64,000 nucleotides of DNA from Lama glama (taxonomy: Eukaryota), in assembly GCA_028534125.1 (NCBI GenBank), contig CM052817.1:51400001-51464000 (forward strand), read 5' to 3'. A program made the position numbers and the translations under genes. Numbering within the stretch: the first letter of the stretch is position 1; the number at the start of each line of letters is the position of its first letter. This document shows, piece by piece, positions 1-12,539 of the stretch. The notes beneath the pieces were generated by a model that had not been told where the DNA came from, did no database searches, and saw nothing but the letters and a program-made list of their open reading frames with translations.

Positions 1-2
1 GG

Positions 3-955
3 CCTCTACTGTAGGCAGTTCAGCTGGCCACCAATGTTGAACTAGAGGCTGAAGCTCGAGTTAGGAAGTTGGAAGAAGAGCTGAAGTTAGAGAAGGATGT
101 GAAGTTGTCCACTACTCTGCTGGCTTCAGGGCTGGCAGACAAGGTAGGACAGCAGGATAATAAATTGGAGAACTTAGCTTGCCATTTTGCAAAGCTAAGA
201 GGGCACAAGCTGACAGGGATTAAGATCTGAATACTTATTACAGAGCCTGATTGGGGCACTAACAGGAGGAATCCCTGGGAAAGTAAAGAGAAAAAGGGGG
301 AGGATGCTGTGATTGACAGTGGAACATGAAATGCCCTTTGTCATTTGACCCCTAGTAAATAGAAAAGCAAAAGCACAGCAACGACAACCCCAGCCAGCAG
401 GGCAGCTCCCAATTCAAGAAACGTTCATAGTGAAAGAATCTGTGCCTGCTGAGCTTATTGATGCAGCTGCCAAGTTCTAACAAAAGGCCAGGGAAGTTAT
501 CCAGGCGTGGTTAGTGCAGCTATGGGATACAGGAAACACCATTTCTCTGACTGGACAGGAGGCAGAGAAAATGGGCAGTATCACCATATACCCTTCCCTC
601 CAGCAGTTCCTCCAGTGATTCACAAACTTCAATCCCTTACAGATTGGATTACTGTATCCTACAGGGAGGCTTGGCTCAATGAGGAGGCTGTCCCTGGGCA
701 TACGAGACCCTGGAAATCAATAGAGGAAGTATAACAAATTCTTAGGAAGCTGGGAGTAAGACAGGCAGTCCTCACCCATCTTTGAAGGCCCTGATCGGGT
801 CACATTTACTGAAGACATGAAAGCCAAGATACTCCAGCCTGCCCCTCTGTACGTAATATGGGACACTGATATCCATGCTGAGCCTAGTCTTAGGACAAAA
901 TATTTTTGCTGTTGGGAAATCCACTGCTGACCTGGGGAAAGTGACCAATCCCAGA
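3..955 (+). pseudogene. ERV-L/Fv1-like gag remnant
   Basis: Manual translation gives coiled-coil-like ...EAEARVRKLEEELKLEKD...KI*ILITEPDWGTNRRNPW. From 481: QKAREVIQAWLVQLWDTGNTISLTGQEAEKMGSITIYPSLQQ, then SLTDWITVSYREAW...PWKSIEEV*QILRKLG and FEGPDRVTFTEDMKAKILQPAP. These match recalled ERV-L/HERV-S gag motifs (W.LR.WD.G; PW..VEEG.Q.LRE.G; EGPED..FT). Confidence 0.85.
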
Positions 956-1207
956 AACAGGTACAGGCCATGGGAAATATCTGAGACAGAGAAGGTGGGG
1001 GCCCTGGTCTACCATATTCTGCCCCTATTCCATCTTCTCATGCCTGACAGTGCTGCCTCCCCTGACCAACATGTATGGTTTCCACAACCTAGTCAGATTC
1101 CTAAAGCCTCAGCCACATTAACGTCTAAGGATCAGGCTACAAGTATAATTTTTTTAGAAGGGGAAGAGCTTCTCATAAGAGTTTCTACTAAATTTCTGTC
1201 TTTTTGA
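956..1207 (+). pseudogene. Probable extreme C-terminus of pol (integrase tail), fused in frame to gag
   Basis: ORF 875-1207 switches from gag-like sequence to ...QHVWFPQPSQIP...SIIFLEGEELLIRVSTKFLSF*. This resembles class III pol ends and directly precedes the env start. Confidence 0.5.
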
Positions 1208-2508
1208 CCTTGGACTTCTGCTACTCCCATGGTGTCTAGTCAGGGGATGGGCACCTGATGGAAACATCTTTCTACAGTGGGCCCATTCATATGCCAGACA
1301 AGGAATCAATTCAAGAGCTGAGGTTATGTGGGCAGCTGCCCCTCTCAAGATTATCAGGATTGCCACGGTGGGTATCCCCACTCCAGGGAGGGGCTTAGAA
1401 GACACTAGAGCAGTACATTAAGGAAGAACATCTAGGATTAGTACTCTTAAATCCTCCTACATTACCAACACTGATCCGGAAACCTGATCTATGGCACACA
1501 CCATCAGTATCATGGGGCATGGGATTCTTTATCTGTCACTCAAACTATACAAGCAACCCATCAAACTGCTATCCTGAAGGGTCCTAAAAATACCACCATC
1601 AGAGCCATTGGAGGCTATACTCAGGTCTGGGATAGGTTCATATGCCTTAGCCCCTGTGGACAATTTGTGCACTCATGCACTTCTATGTTGGGAACAGAAG
1701 AATCACAGAAGAATGGAACCAACAGAATTATACCAGGGATATGGGATGAATATCACCAAAACTGTGCAGTCTTTCTGACAGAGGCTGGTTTGGCACTGGC
1801 TGCTCATGCCATGCATGTATTTATTGGGTAGCCCCAAATGGAATCAAATAACTATCTTTGGCCATGGCTTCCATCTGGGTGACTGGACCACTGCACCCTG
1901 GGTTTTCCTGAGCACAGGGGAGAATCCATCCCATGGTTAAAAAAAAAAAAAGTTGCCAACTTCCCTCTCCTCAAGGCCAGATGAACATGTTTTGTTTTCT
2001 CTGGTGCAATCACTTGGCCACCATATTTGTTCCCTCCACTGACCTGGAGGACATTATAGGACACAGAGAATCCCTTACTACATTCACATAACACGGCTTA
2101 AATGATGCCAACAAAGTCTGTCTTTACTGAACACTGAAATGTCTCTAATGAGAAAAACCACCCTCCAAAATAAGATGGCCTTAGTCATTATTCCTGCCTA
2201 GCAAGTAGGTACCTATGCTGTTAATCCAAGCAGAATCTTGTGTGTTCATACTTGATGAGTCTGCGAATGTATCATCTTTATTAAATCACATGAGGACACA
2301 AGTGAACATGGTGAGTGGTCCTATTCCCAGCTTAGGGGATTTAATAAATCAATGGTTTGGATCATGGGACTCTTGGAAAAATTTGTTACTTATTTTGCGA
2401 ATCATTATCTTAAGCTGTGTTTTCCCTTGCATATGCCTACGTTGTTACTGTGGTATCTACCTTAAGAGCAGCCAGATAGCTGGAAATGAGCCACTTCCAC
2501 ACTTATAA
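1200..2508 (+). pseudogene. Retroviral env remnant (gamma-type SU-TM)
   Basis: Signal-like LGLLLLPWCLVRG, NIFLQWAHSYA, degenerate C-x-x-C region followed by GQLPLSRLSGLPRWVSPLQG; YWVAPNG..LWPWLPSG..HCTLGFP; immunosuppressive domain LQNKMAL at 2163-2183 followed by a degenerate CX6CC (TYA/LIQAESCV); W-rich membrane-proximal region and hydrophobic TM (WFGSWDSWKNLLLILRIIILSCVFPCICL). Confidence 0.9.
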
Positions 2509-2579
2509 AACCCCTCAATGACCACTCAGGACACATTACAGAAGAGACTATGATTTAAGAGCTAGTCAAAGGGATGAAG

Positions 2580-2999
2580 TATTGGAGGAAGTCATTGAGA
2601 GGACATGACTGCCTGTTGACCCATGAACTGAACCCAGGCAAATGGAGGCTCCTTCCTCCCCATCCCTGTCCTTGGAATGTATATGCTGCCCACCATTCCT
2701 GTACTAAGAATGGCTTCAAGGGCATCACCTTGGGAGAGTAATGTGTTATTAACCTTCTGAACTGTACACATACTGAACTTTGTTAAAGCCTCTACATAAA
2801 TCCTTTTGAGTGTGTGCAGAGATCTTGTCATCTTGCAGGTGCCCAGGACAAGATTCCTATGCAAGAGCCCTTGCTTATTAAACTTGTCACTATGCCAATC
2901 TGGAATGTTCTGCCTCTTTCTTTGGTCTTTCTTTGTCCTCCATTTATGGGGACCGGTTTTGAATTTCACCCAGGGAATTCCAGAGGTTGTGAACCAACA
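2580..2999 (+). mobile_element. 3' LTR of the ERV (~420 bp)
   Basis: Preceded by purine tract aaagggatgaag (2568-2579); inverted termini tattgg (decayed TGTTGG) ... ccaaca; TATA-like tacataaa near 2792; poly(A) signal attaaa near 2877. Confidence 0.85.
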
Positions 3000-5079
3000 A
3001 CTTCCTAGTGTTAATTATAATATTTAAAAATTTTCTTTACTTTGATGCACAGAGTTATTTGTTTTATGCATAATAGAAATATTCTTGAGACATGCTCTTG
3101 AGTTCTTGCTGCTTGTCTGACTAAATAATGCCAAGGACTTCATTTTCCCGAGACATATTTTGAAACTTTTTGTTTTTCCCCTAGAGTTAACTGGCTGTCC
3201 TGAGCTCCCTACAGTAGCTTTCCTGGAAAGACAAAAGAGGAAAGTGTCCAAGACAGGGTTCATGAGAGCAGCTGAGCAGGTGCTTTAATCTGGAGCTATG
3301 TTTCACTGAATGAGGATTTTTCCATCCTTCCTTCCCGACTCTGATCACAAAGGTAAGAATTTCTCTCTAATTAGCTTATTTGTTTGTGTTCTCCAGGGAT
3401 TTCTATATCTACTTCTACTTGCCTTGACACCAGACTATCTAACTTTGATGTCTTATGTTAAAACTTCTCTCTTTTCTTTGGATTTCAAAATCACAGTTGT
3501 GAATTAACCATTTTATTTCATGTACCATAACAGAAAAAAAGCCTTAGAAACATCCTTTTTTTCACATAATTTCAAACATGGTTACAATTGACATAAGTAA
3601 ACATTGCCTATATCATCACAGCCTAAAGACTCATTTTTAAATAGTTATCATACCACTACTATTTAAGTTAAGTATTTCAGTTCAATATTTTTCGATGTTT
3701 CTTCAATATTTTACTATGATGTGGATGCATCTTTTTTTCCTATATAGGCTAATTAGCATAAAGAAGACAGGAAATTTATTTCAGAGATGGTTCTTTATAG
3801 ACTACATTTTATTCATGTGAGCTAGGGCTCTTAAATTGTGTGTCTTACTCAAGGGTCAGTATGAAATGCTTCGTGTAAAATTACAAAAGCACTTTTAGAA
3901 TCCTTGAGATTGATTGAATCATAAATATACGTGGAAACTCAGTTCATAAAACATCAGTGGACTGTTAAATCTATAAGGATTAAAACTCTAACCCATATCT
4001 GTGCTAACTAGGTCTGTCCTTGGTAACCAAATGCAATTCAAGCTTGTTTTCCAGAAAATTCAATATGTTTCAACACTACAGAATAACTTAAAATATAAAA
4101 TACAAAATTTTAATTAATAAAATATAGCATAATATTATTATAAAGCATCTATTTTTTAATTCTCTGTAGCTCTATAGAATGCATGCTCTATTTTGTAACT
4201 CACAAATATCATGATAGATAGACAGGGCAGGTATTCAGAGATGCTAAAATATTTTCCCAAAGAAATGGAATTAGTATCAGAGACTCCTGACTTTTACAAT
4301 AGAGCTCTCTTTCAGACATCAAATTTCTATTAAAATCTGGTATGATACAGTGTTAATTTATAAATAATATCATATAACAATTGCAATATAATGTAATTTA
4401 GTAATAGTATGTAATAATTCAAACTATTTGATGAATAGTATTCCTACAGCTGGGAAAGAAAAGCTCTTCACTACACAGAAAGTAGGGATGTTGGGGATGT
4501 CACAGAGTACACGATGAAGCCCTTAAATTTCTCCCTGAGAGCTCAGATTGCTGAATAACTCCTCTGCCTCAGTGAGAGGAAGGGAGAATAACAGCTGGAT
4601 AGTTTGGGGCAGCTTGTGCTCAATTTTAATAACTGCTAAAAAAGAAAAAAACAAGAATTTCTTTATTTTTAGGTAGAAAAACTAGTTTCTGTTATAGCTC
4701 ACAGGTAGGTAAATTATATTTCTACAGTTTTTATCTATATGGCATTCCCAGACCATGATATACCCAATACTCTCCTGGGTAACTGAGCCCCTGTAATACT
4801 ACATTAGTTCTAAGTGAATTAGACTGTCAAGTCAGAAGTTGTCTGAAGCCATATTAGTAAGCATATTCCTAATTCTACAGTAAACCATAACCCTGTGACC
4901 ACTAATATTAAAAATGCTGGCTATGTCTGTATCGGCAATACAGTCACAGGAAGTGGCTTTTGTTGTTATAATTTTATGTCCATCATTTGCTAATTTTAAT
5001 ATTGGTATCAGTGAATGTTAAAAAAAAAAGAATGCTACCCTCATAATAAGAAAGGCTGAATGAAATTCATTCACTAGAA

Positions 5080-5620
5080 CAATCAAATATATTTCCAAAA
5101 TGGCCCAAGCCATAGATTTATGAATAAAAAAGAGGATATTAATTCAATATATCAAAACATTTGACATATATAGGCATCCAAAGAAACTGAAGATAGATTT
5201 TTACATGCTGCTACATATTATGGATGGAATAAGAGATACAGGTTTGTAATATTTTTCTCAAGATGATGATGAATGAGGGAGGGTTATTCTTGGAATCTGT
5301 ACTATCCAAGCAAAAACATCACCTTCTTGATTGATATATTGAATTTTCTACAATGAATAATGATTGATGCCTGCCAATTTACTTTTCCACAAGAAGAGTG
5401 TTTGGTAGCTTAAAACAACATGATGCCATAAATATATTCCACATTCCCACATAGTAAAGATGAAAATAGCAACAGTTTAATAAGTAATGTTAAATACCAT
5501 GAAATTTCTATGCAGCTTCAATCCAATATACCAACTAAATAAATAGACCATTTTGAGTTCAAACTAAAAAAGCAAAAATTTTTTAAACTTGCATTTTGGT
5601 ATGTAGATTTCTTCAAATAC
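5080..5620 (+). mobile_element. Possible highly decayed CR1/L3 LINE fragment
   Basis: Weak resemblance to CR1 RT-region sequence (..atatatcaaaacatttgaca..; ..aaacttgcattttggt). Confidence 0.3.
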
Positions 5621-5747
5621 CAACTTAATACATGTTTTAAATAATGTCAAGTGAAAGTAATGGAGTGTTTGCAAACCGTGCTGCAAATTTGTAAGATGCC
5701 AAAAAATATGTTAAAATTTCTGTCATAGTAGCATGTCCATGGATTAG

Positions 5748-5912
5748 CAGCAATTCCCAAGTTTAGTGTGATATGGAAATACCTAGGATGTTTGTTAAAT
5801 TTCTGGATCTATTATCCAGAGTTAGTGATTTGCTCAGTCTGTAATGAAACTCAGTAACAAGAACCACTAGTTATTCTGATGCAAGAAATCCCAGACCAAA
5901 CTTTTGGAAAAA
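5748..5912. mobile_element. MER5-like hAT-Charlie MITE
   Basis: cagcaattcccaagttt...ttattctgatgcaag...cagaccaaacttttggaaa resembles MER5A/B. Confidence 0.45.
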
Positions 5913-6771
5913 AATCTGTCACTGATAATGTATCTACATGGAAAATATTTATTTGAGTAAGTAAAAATAAACTTAGCTATTAATATTCAACCTACATTTT
6001 CCTTCTATTGTTTCAGAGAAATAGCAATATAGTCTTCGTTAGGTCTTTGTTAGGTCTTTTCAAGGTCTTTTCAGGTTAAACTCAGTAAGATTATCATCTT
6101 ACTCTACCAAGTAGCTATGATCACCGTAAAGGATAAGGAGAAAAGTTACACAGAGAAGTAACACAGAGGAAAATGGCCATTTGTGCCTCCTTTCCACAAA
6201 CAAACCAGAATATATACAAATAAAGACATAGGAAAAATAATCAAAATAAAATAAAACAACAAAAATTAATTTAATTTTTTGTGATTAAGACCAGAAACGA
6301 ACTAGTGGCAAGGAGGAACGATTGTATGCACCTGATCAATATTACCACTGCTCCCAGTTCAAAGCCAGGCAGCAGATAACATACTTTCCTTGAAGCCAGT
6401 TCTCAGCGAACCAAACTAGCAAGGTACAAATCCTCTGAAGCAACTTCAGAAGAAAATTTTCAAAAGGTGTAAAAACGTCAGAATCAACTTTTCTGGGTCT
6501 ACCTCAGCTTGACCAATTCGGAATCTTAACTTGAGCATAAACTCAGCTCATCCTGTAAATAGACACGTCTAAGTATGAGTAGAGAGAGTGTGAATCACGT
6601 CCCCGCTGCTTTATGTTATGTCTTCCATGGAAAAAACTCATCCAAAGATAAGAGACAGTCAAGGCTTAGAAGTTTGAACCAAGATAATAGTTTAATGCTG
6701 GAGAAGATACATTAAATTACTAAGTGCATTCAGCATATTGTGGAGGCAGACAATATTCAGGGGAGCACCCA

Positions 6772-7250
6772 TGGAATTCATTCAATGAAGCTCTCTATTC
6801 ACCATATCTTTACTGCATATCATATGTTTGCCAGACACCATAGTAGACACTAGAAATGCACCAGAAAACAAAAAAATCCCTACTTTGAATAAGCTTACAT
6901 GGGTGGGTAGTATGGGGGGGCATATACAATTACAAACGTACGTGTGTGTGTACTAATAATTTCTATAAAAGACACAGAAATCAAGGTGAGAGGATAGATT
7001 AGCGATTGGTGATTAGGGTAAGGTTGACCTGGAATGCCTTTGTGAAGAAGTGACCATTTAACAGGGCTTAAATTAAATTAATTTCCTCAAGGCAGAGAAA
7101 ACAGAAAATGCAAAGGTTTAAGGAGTAAAATGTGTAAGGAGAAGAGTGAATGATGGAGCCAAGGGCCTGATCGTAAAGGAGCTCTTAGGCCATTGCAGAC
7201 AATTTGGAGTTTGATATTAGTGAGATAAGGAGACAAAAATCTGTGGAAAA
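6772..7250 (-). mobile_element. L2 LINE fragment
   Basis: attcattcaa tail, gccagacaccatagtagacactag, gagctcttaggccattg...tttggagtttgat, all typical of L2. Confidence 0.65.
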
Positions 7251-7302
7251 AGACAAAAACTAATGACCAAGTGATATCAAATCAGTACTGCTTTAAAACA
7301 TA

Positions 7303-7624
7303 TGATTAAATGAGGGTAGAAATATTGAGGCCGTTAGTGGAAAATAAAAAGTGCAATGTTTAAGAAATTGGTCTCTAGGACCATTTTTTCTGGGTTCATA
7401 TTCTGAATTCACCATTCATTAGCTGTGACATTGGGGTAGGTTATTCTACCTCAATGACCTCATCTATAATTTTAGGATAATAATAGTTTATTGTAAAGAA
7501 TAAGTAACTCAAAATATCTAGTGTTGTGCTGAGTATATATTAAGCATTCCATTAATATTATTTGTTACCACTGTTTACTACTTATTTACTAACTTACTAA
7601 AAGTTTTCCTACAAAAACTATTTT
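7303..7624 (+). repeat. Direct repeat copy 1 (contains a MIR); putative left TSD of the RPS3 retrocopy
   Basis: Aligns by eye with 8356-8656 at roughly 90% identity; MIR core ctgggttcatattctgaattcaccattcattagctgtgacattgggg. Confidence 0.95.
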
Positions 7625-8355
<731 letters not shown>

Positions 8356-8656
8356 TAATCAAATGAGGGGAGAGAGATTGAAGCCTTTAGTGGAAAATAA
8401 TGTAATGTGTAAGAAATGGGTCTCTAGGATCATCTTTTCTGGATTCGTATTCTGAATTCACTATTCATTAGCTGTGACATTGGGGTAGGTTATTCTATCT
8501 CAGTGACATCATCTATAATTTATTGTGAAGAATAAATGACTCAAAATATCTAATGTTATGCTAAGTATATACTAAGCATTCCATTAATGTTATTTGTTAC
8601 CACTGTTACTACTTATTTACTAACTTACTAAAAGTTTTGTTACAAAATACTATTTT
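8356..8656 (+). repeat. Direct repeat copy 2 (contains a MIR); putative right TSD of the RPS3 retrocopy
   Basis: Matches 7303-7624 except a ~17-nt deletion and small indels; ends tatttt|aa. Confidence 0.95.
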
Positions 8657-8871
8657 AAGACAATTTAGTCATAACTTCAAGGTGATCAGATATAAAGCAA
8701 TAGCTGATGTTATCTATTAGATTTGACTCTGATCTGTAGCTTTATTCACACCAATAAAAATTTAGTTTTAAAACCTATAAAACAGGGCCCTCTCAGCAGC
8801 TTCTGCATCCAGTGAAGAATTATAAAGAGTTCAGACACAGCAGACAGTTCTCTCAATATGATAACATGACA

Positions 8872-9347
8872 GATGCATGAATGTTCATAGCAGCACTATT
8901 CCCCTAGCCAAAAGGTTGGAACAACCCCAGTGTCCATCAACAGAATGAATTAACAAAATGTGTATAGCCATGCAAGGAAATATTCAGACATAAAAAGGAA
9001 TGAAGTATCGATATATTGTGGATCAATGTGAATAAAAGTTGAAAATATGATGCTAAGTGAAAGAAGCTAGACCTAAAATGTCACATAATATGTAATTCCA
9101 TTTGCAGTAAATATCCAGAATAGATAAATCCATAGAGACAGAACACAGATAGTGGTTGCCAGGGGCTGGAGAAAAAGAGAATTGGGGTGACTGCTTAATG
9201 AGTATGGGGTTTCCTTTTGGGGTGATGACATGATTTGAAAGTAGAGAGAGGAAATGGCTACACAATATTTTGCATGTACTGAATACCCATGAATTGTACA
9301 CTAAAATTTAAAATTTTATGTTATGTATATTCACCTTAATAAAAAAT
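8872..9347 (+). mobile_element. L1M (L1MB-like) 3' end
   Basis: atgttcatagcagcactatt...tgtccatcaacag...atccatagagacagaa...gtggttgccagggg...ccttaataaaaa. Confidence 0.9.
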
Positions 9348-9701
9348 CTTAGAACATATACAAGTCAATTTTAACTAGTTATGAAAAAACTAAATTTTTT
9401 TTAAAAATCAGAAAGTATGATTGGTAATTCTTTGGGCAGAAATCATTGGACATAAATAGCAAGAAAGTGTGCCTTGACAAACAGTAGCAACTCAACAAAC
9501 TCAGGGTCAAACATGTAACTTTGATAGGTGTGAATTCTGAGACAACTTTTTAGATGTTGAAAGTCTTAGCAGGAGGTCATTACCAGGGAGCCAGAAATAA
9601 AAGTATTAAACAGAAAATGGTCAACTTGAAATAGTGACTGAGAGGACATAGCAGAAACCGGAAATGTGATAGAGGATGGAAACAGAGAATACTCTTTCTT
9701 A

Positions 9702-10036
9702 TGTTATGAACTGAATATCTGTGTTCCTCCAGAACTCATGATGAAGCCCTGACTCCTAATGTGACAGTATTGGAAGCTGGTAATTAGGTTTAGATGAAGT
9801 CATGAGGTAGGGTCCCCATGATGTAATAGTGTCTTTACAGGAAGAGAAAGAGAGACCAGAGCTGTCTCCGTCCTCCAGGTGAACACACAGTGAGAAGGTG
9901 GCCATCTGCAAGGCATGAAGAAAGTTCTAATCAGAAACCAAATTTGCACCTTAACCTTGAACTTCCCAGCCTCCAGAACTGTTTAAGCCGCCCAGTCTAT
10001 GGGACTTTATTATGATAGCCAGAGCTGATTAAGGCA
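9702..10036 (+). mobile_element. MaLR solo LTR (MLT1A/B-like)
   Basis: tgttatgaactgaat... gaagccctgactcctaatgtgac ... ttgaacttcccagcctccagaactg ... gattaaggca. Confidence 0.85.
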
Positions 10037-10109
10037 CCCTAGAACCCTAGCCTTCAAAATTCTTGTTTGCTTAATCCTTAAAGTGTTTTTGGAAAAGAAA
10101 TACATTTTT

Positions 10110-10600
10110 TAATTTGACACTTGTGCCACACTGCCTGTTGGCAGGTAAACACCCTTTTATTCTTTTTGTTCTGTCAAAGATGCTAGAAACCTTAAACTAC
10201 ACTTTTCTAAAAAGTGCTTGGCAGCAGAATCCTGAGGTACATTCGATCAATGAGATTCATTTGAAAGAGTGTTAGAAAGCATAAGAAGGGCAGAGTTATA
10301 TTATTGTTTCCCTAGCAGAGGTTGAGGCTGTGTAGCCGCAGGCTTTGTGATCAGCTCAAGACATTTCCTGGCAAATCAACAGCCTTAATTCTCTAGGCAG
10401 CTGTAGTCATTGGTGTAGTTTTTCTCAGATTCTTGCAATTTTTTAATTCTCCGAAAGCTGTGAGTGAGTCTGAAAGCTAATGGAGATTTTCCTGAGCATT
10501 TCATCATCCCTTTCTATGGTTTTCTAAGTACTTAATTTGCTATTTAATTTCATTCCTGCTTAAAATATATGGAGTGTTTTCTGTTTTCCTGATGAAATGT
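10110..10600 (+). mobile_element. Old ERVL LTR (LTR33-like)
   Basis: gctagaaaccttaaactacactttt... and 3' ttcctgcttaaaat..gagtgttttctgttttcctga resemble the LTR33 family. Confidence 0.45.
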
Positions 10601-12539
10601 ATTCTATACTTGAAATGTCTAAATTTAATATTTTCCAAATATGTATTTGTGCCTTAATATATATTGTTATTGTGAATGTACTTTACATGTATTTTCATGA
10701 AAGTATTTTGAGCTGCAAGTCCAGGTCTTCCAACACATGAAAACATGCACAATTTGACTTAATGAGAAAGCAAGCTTTCGTTATTAAAATGATCAGCAAG
10801 TCAGACTTAATTTCTGTCAGAAAAATCTCTCTTCCCTATTCAATTCCAGTATATATATTACTTATTTATTACACTCTCTAATTTTGGAGTATTAAGATAG
10901 ACAATAGATGATAAAGATAAATAGATGCATAAATATATGTATGTATACATAATGCACAGATTTGAAACCATGGAGTATATTGTTATAATATACTCGCTTT
11001 AATATATCTTACATGTACTTTATGACCACAGGGCTCTCTTCAGTGGCTGAGACTTTTCCCAGTCATCTCTATGTTTGTGTCTTCAGAAATTTTTCTCTTT
11101 TTCTCCTCTATGGCAATTCCTCATGGACGGATGAAAGGTATTTCTTTTTATCACAAAAAAGTTGATTGTTTATTGTAAAAGAAGAGTTTGAAAAGGAAAA
11201 TGAGGACCAGAAATAAGTTAATATTAGGAAAGGGTACATGTAACAATTGAGGATCTGGACAATTATTCTCTTTAAATTATTTATGCCCATGTACTTCCTG
11301 GAAAACCAGAGGTTTGTGTCAGTTTGAAGACCACTACTGTAATAGCCCATCTTTCTTTACTTTCTCTGCTTCCAAAATTAGAGGTTCTGGGAGTCTGAAT
11401 AGTTACAAATTAACATGATACAGGTTTTTCCATTTTATATAACAGTCTTAGAAAGGATTTATGGTTTTTCAATACATGAATGTGTTTATGTGCTTACCAC
11501 TGGTGAACTCTTTGTAGTAACATTCATTTAATATGATGTATTCACTATCATAATGCTGTAGTTTAGTATTAAACATTTTGAGGGCAACTGTTGCATCTTA
11601 GAGGCTATCCTCTCTTTCGACCCTTATATATGTTTGTTTATAGTAAAAACTATTCATTAGTCACTTACTATAAGATAGCATTATAGTGAACAGCAGACAG
11701 AAGTGAACTAGGTTTCCTTACGGTGCACTCAGAATAGTGGTTCAATCTATTGTGAAGTGTCTAGGGTTCATACCAAACACACAGATCTGTTGATCACATT
11801 CTCAACCAGCCTTTCTATCTACCATTAGAAAACATCATTCCACTCCTTTCCAAAGAAAAAAACATGGAGAGTTTCAACCACTACATCACAGAAGAAAGTA
11901 CATTATAAAAATGTGTTAGCATTTTCTATGATTTTAACATTTACCAGATAATAAACAAAATGCTTAACAAAAATTATCTAAATTATTACCAAAATACATA
12001 CATTAAATCTATATTATTTTCTTCATTTTCTATATGAATGGGCTGTAGGTTAAATTATTTCAGTAACTTATACAACGTTCTACATGTATTCGGTGCACAA
12101 ACTTACGTCGACTTTATTACAGGTTCCAGCTTGTTGCCACAACCAATTCTAGTCTTCGAAAGAGCAGATTCTTCCAGTAAGAGAATCCTGTTTATCTCTC
12201 CATCATATCCAGTTTTGCTTCAAATACACTAATGTGCTTATTACCTCTCCTACAATGAAGCAAATAAGTTTTGCTCTTTTCCCCTCTAGGATTTTGCTAC
12301 ACTTTTTTATACTGGCTAGGATATCCATTTCACATACACATCCCAAATATGACAAATAAATTCTGCCCTTTTTCAAAGCTAAGGTAAACTCCCATCTCCT
12401 AGAAGAAGTTATGCCATATTGACTTCCTTAGTCCTTGGCATGCTGCATATAAATCACATGTGGCATATATCACATTCTTTTGTCAATGTGGATTCTAATA
12501 TAAGGAGGTATATTAATCCATTTAAATAAATTTCTATTA

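Larger units (their letters stand above)
1..2999 (+). mobile_element. Decayed endogenous retrovirus (class III, ERV-L/ERV-S-like backbone with env), 3' part; the 5' LTR lies outside the window
   Basis: Ordered gag remnant, probable integrase tail, env remnant, PPT and LTR (see sub-features); many stops and frameshifts. Confidence 0.9.

Noticed and set aside
2215..2508. 97-aa env TM ORF as a domesticated syncytin/suppressyn-like gene
   Set aside because: Upstream env has multiple stops and frameshifts, the CX6CC and furin motifs are degenerate, and this frame lacks a signal peptide.
6038..6076. Short degenerate tandem repeat (ttaggtctttg/caaggtctttt units)
   Set aside because: Three to four adjacent 11-12-nt units without spacers, consistent with replication slippage; not CRISPR-like or telomeric.
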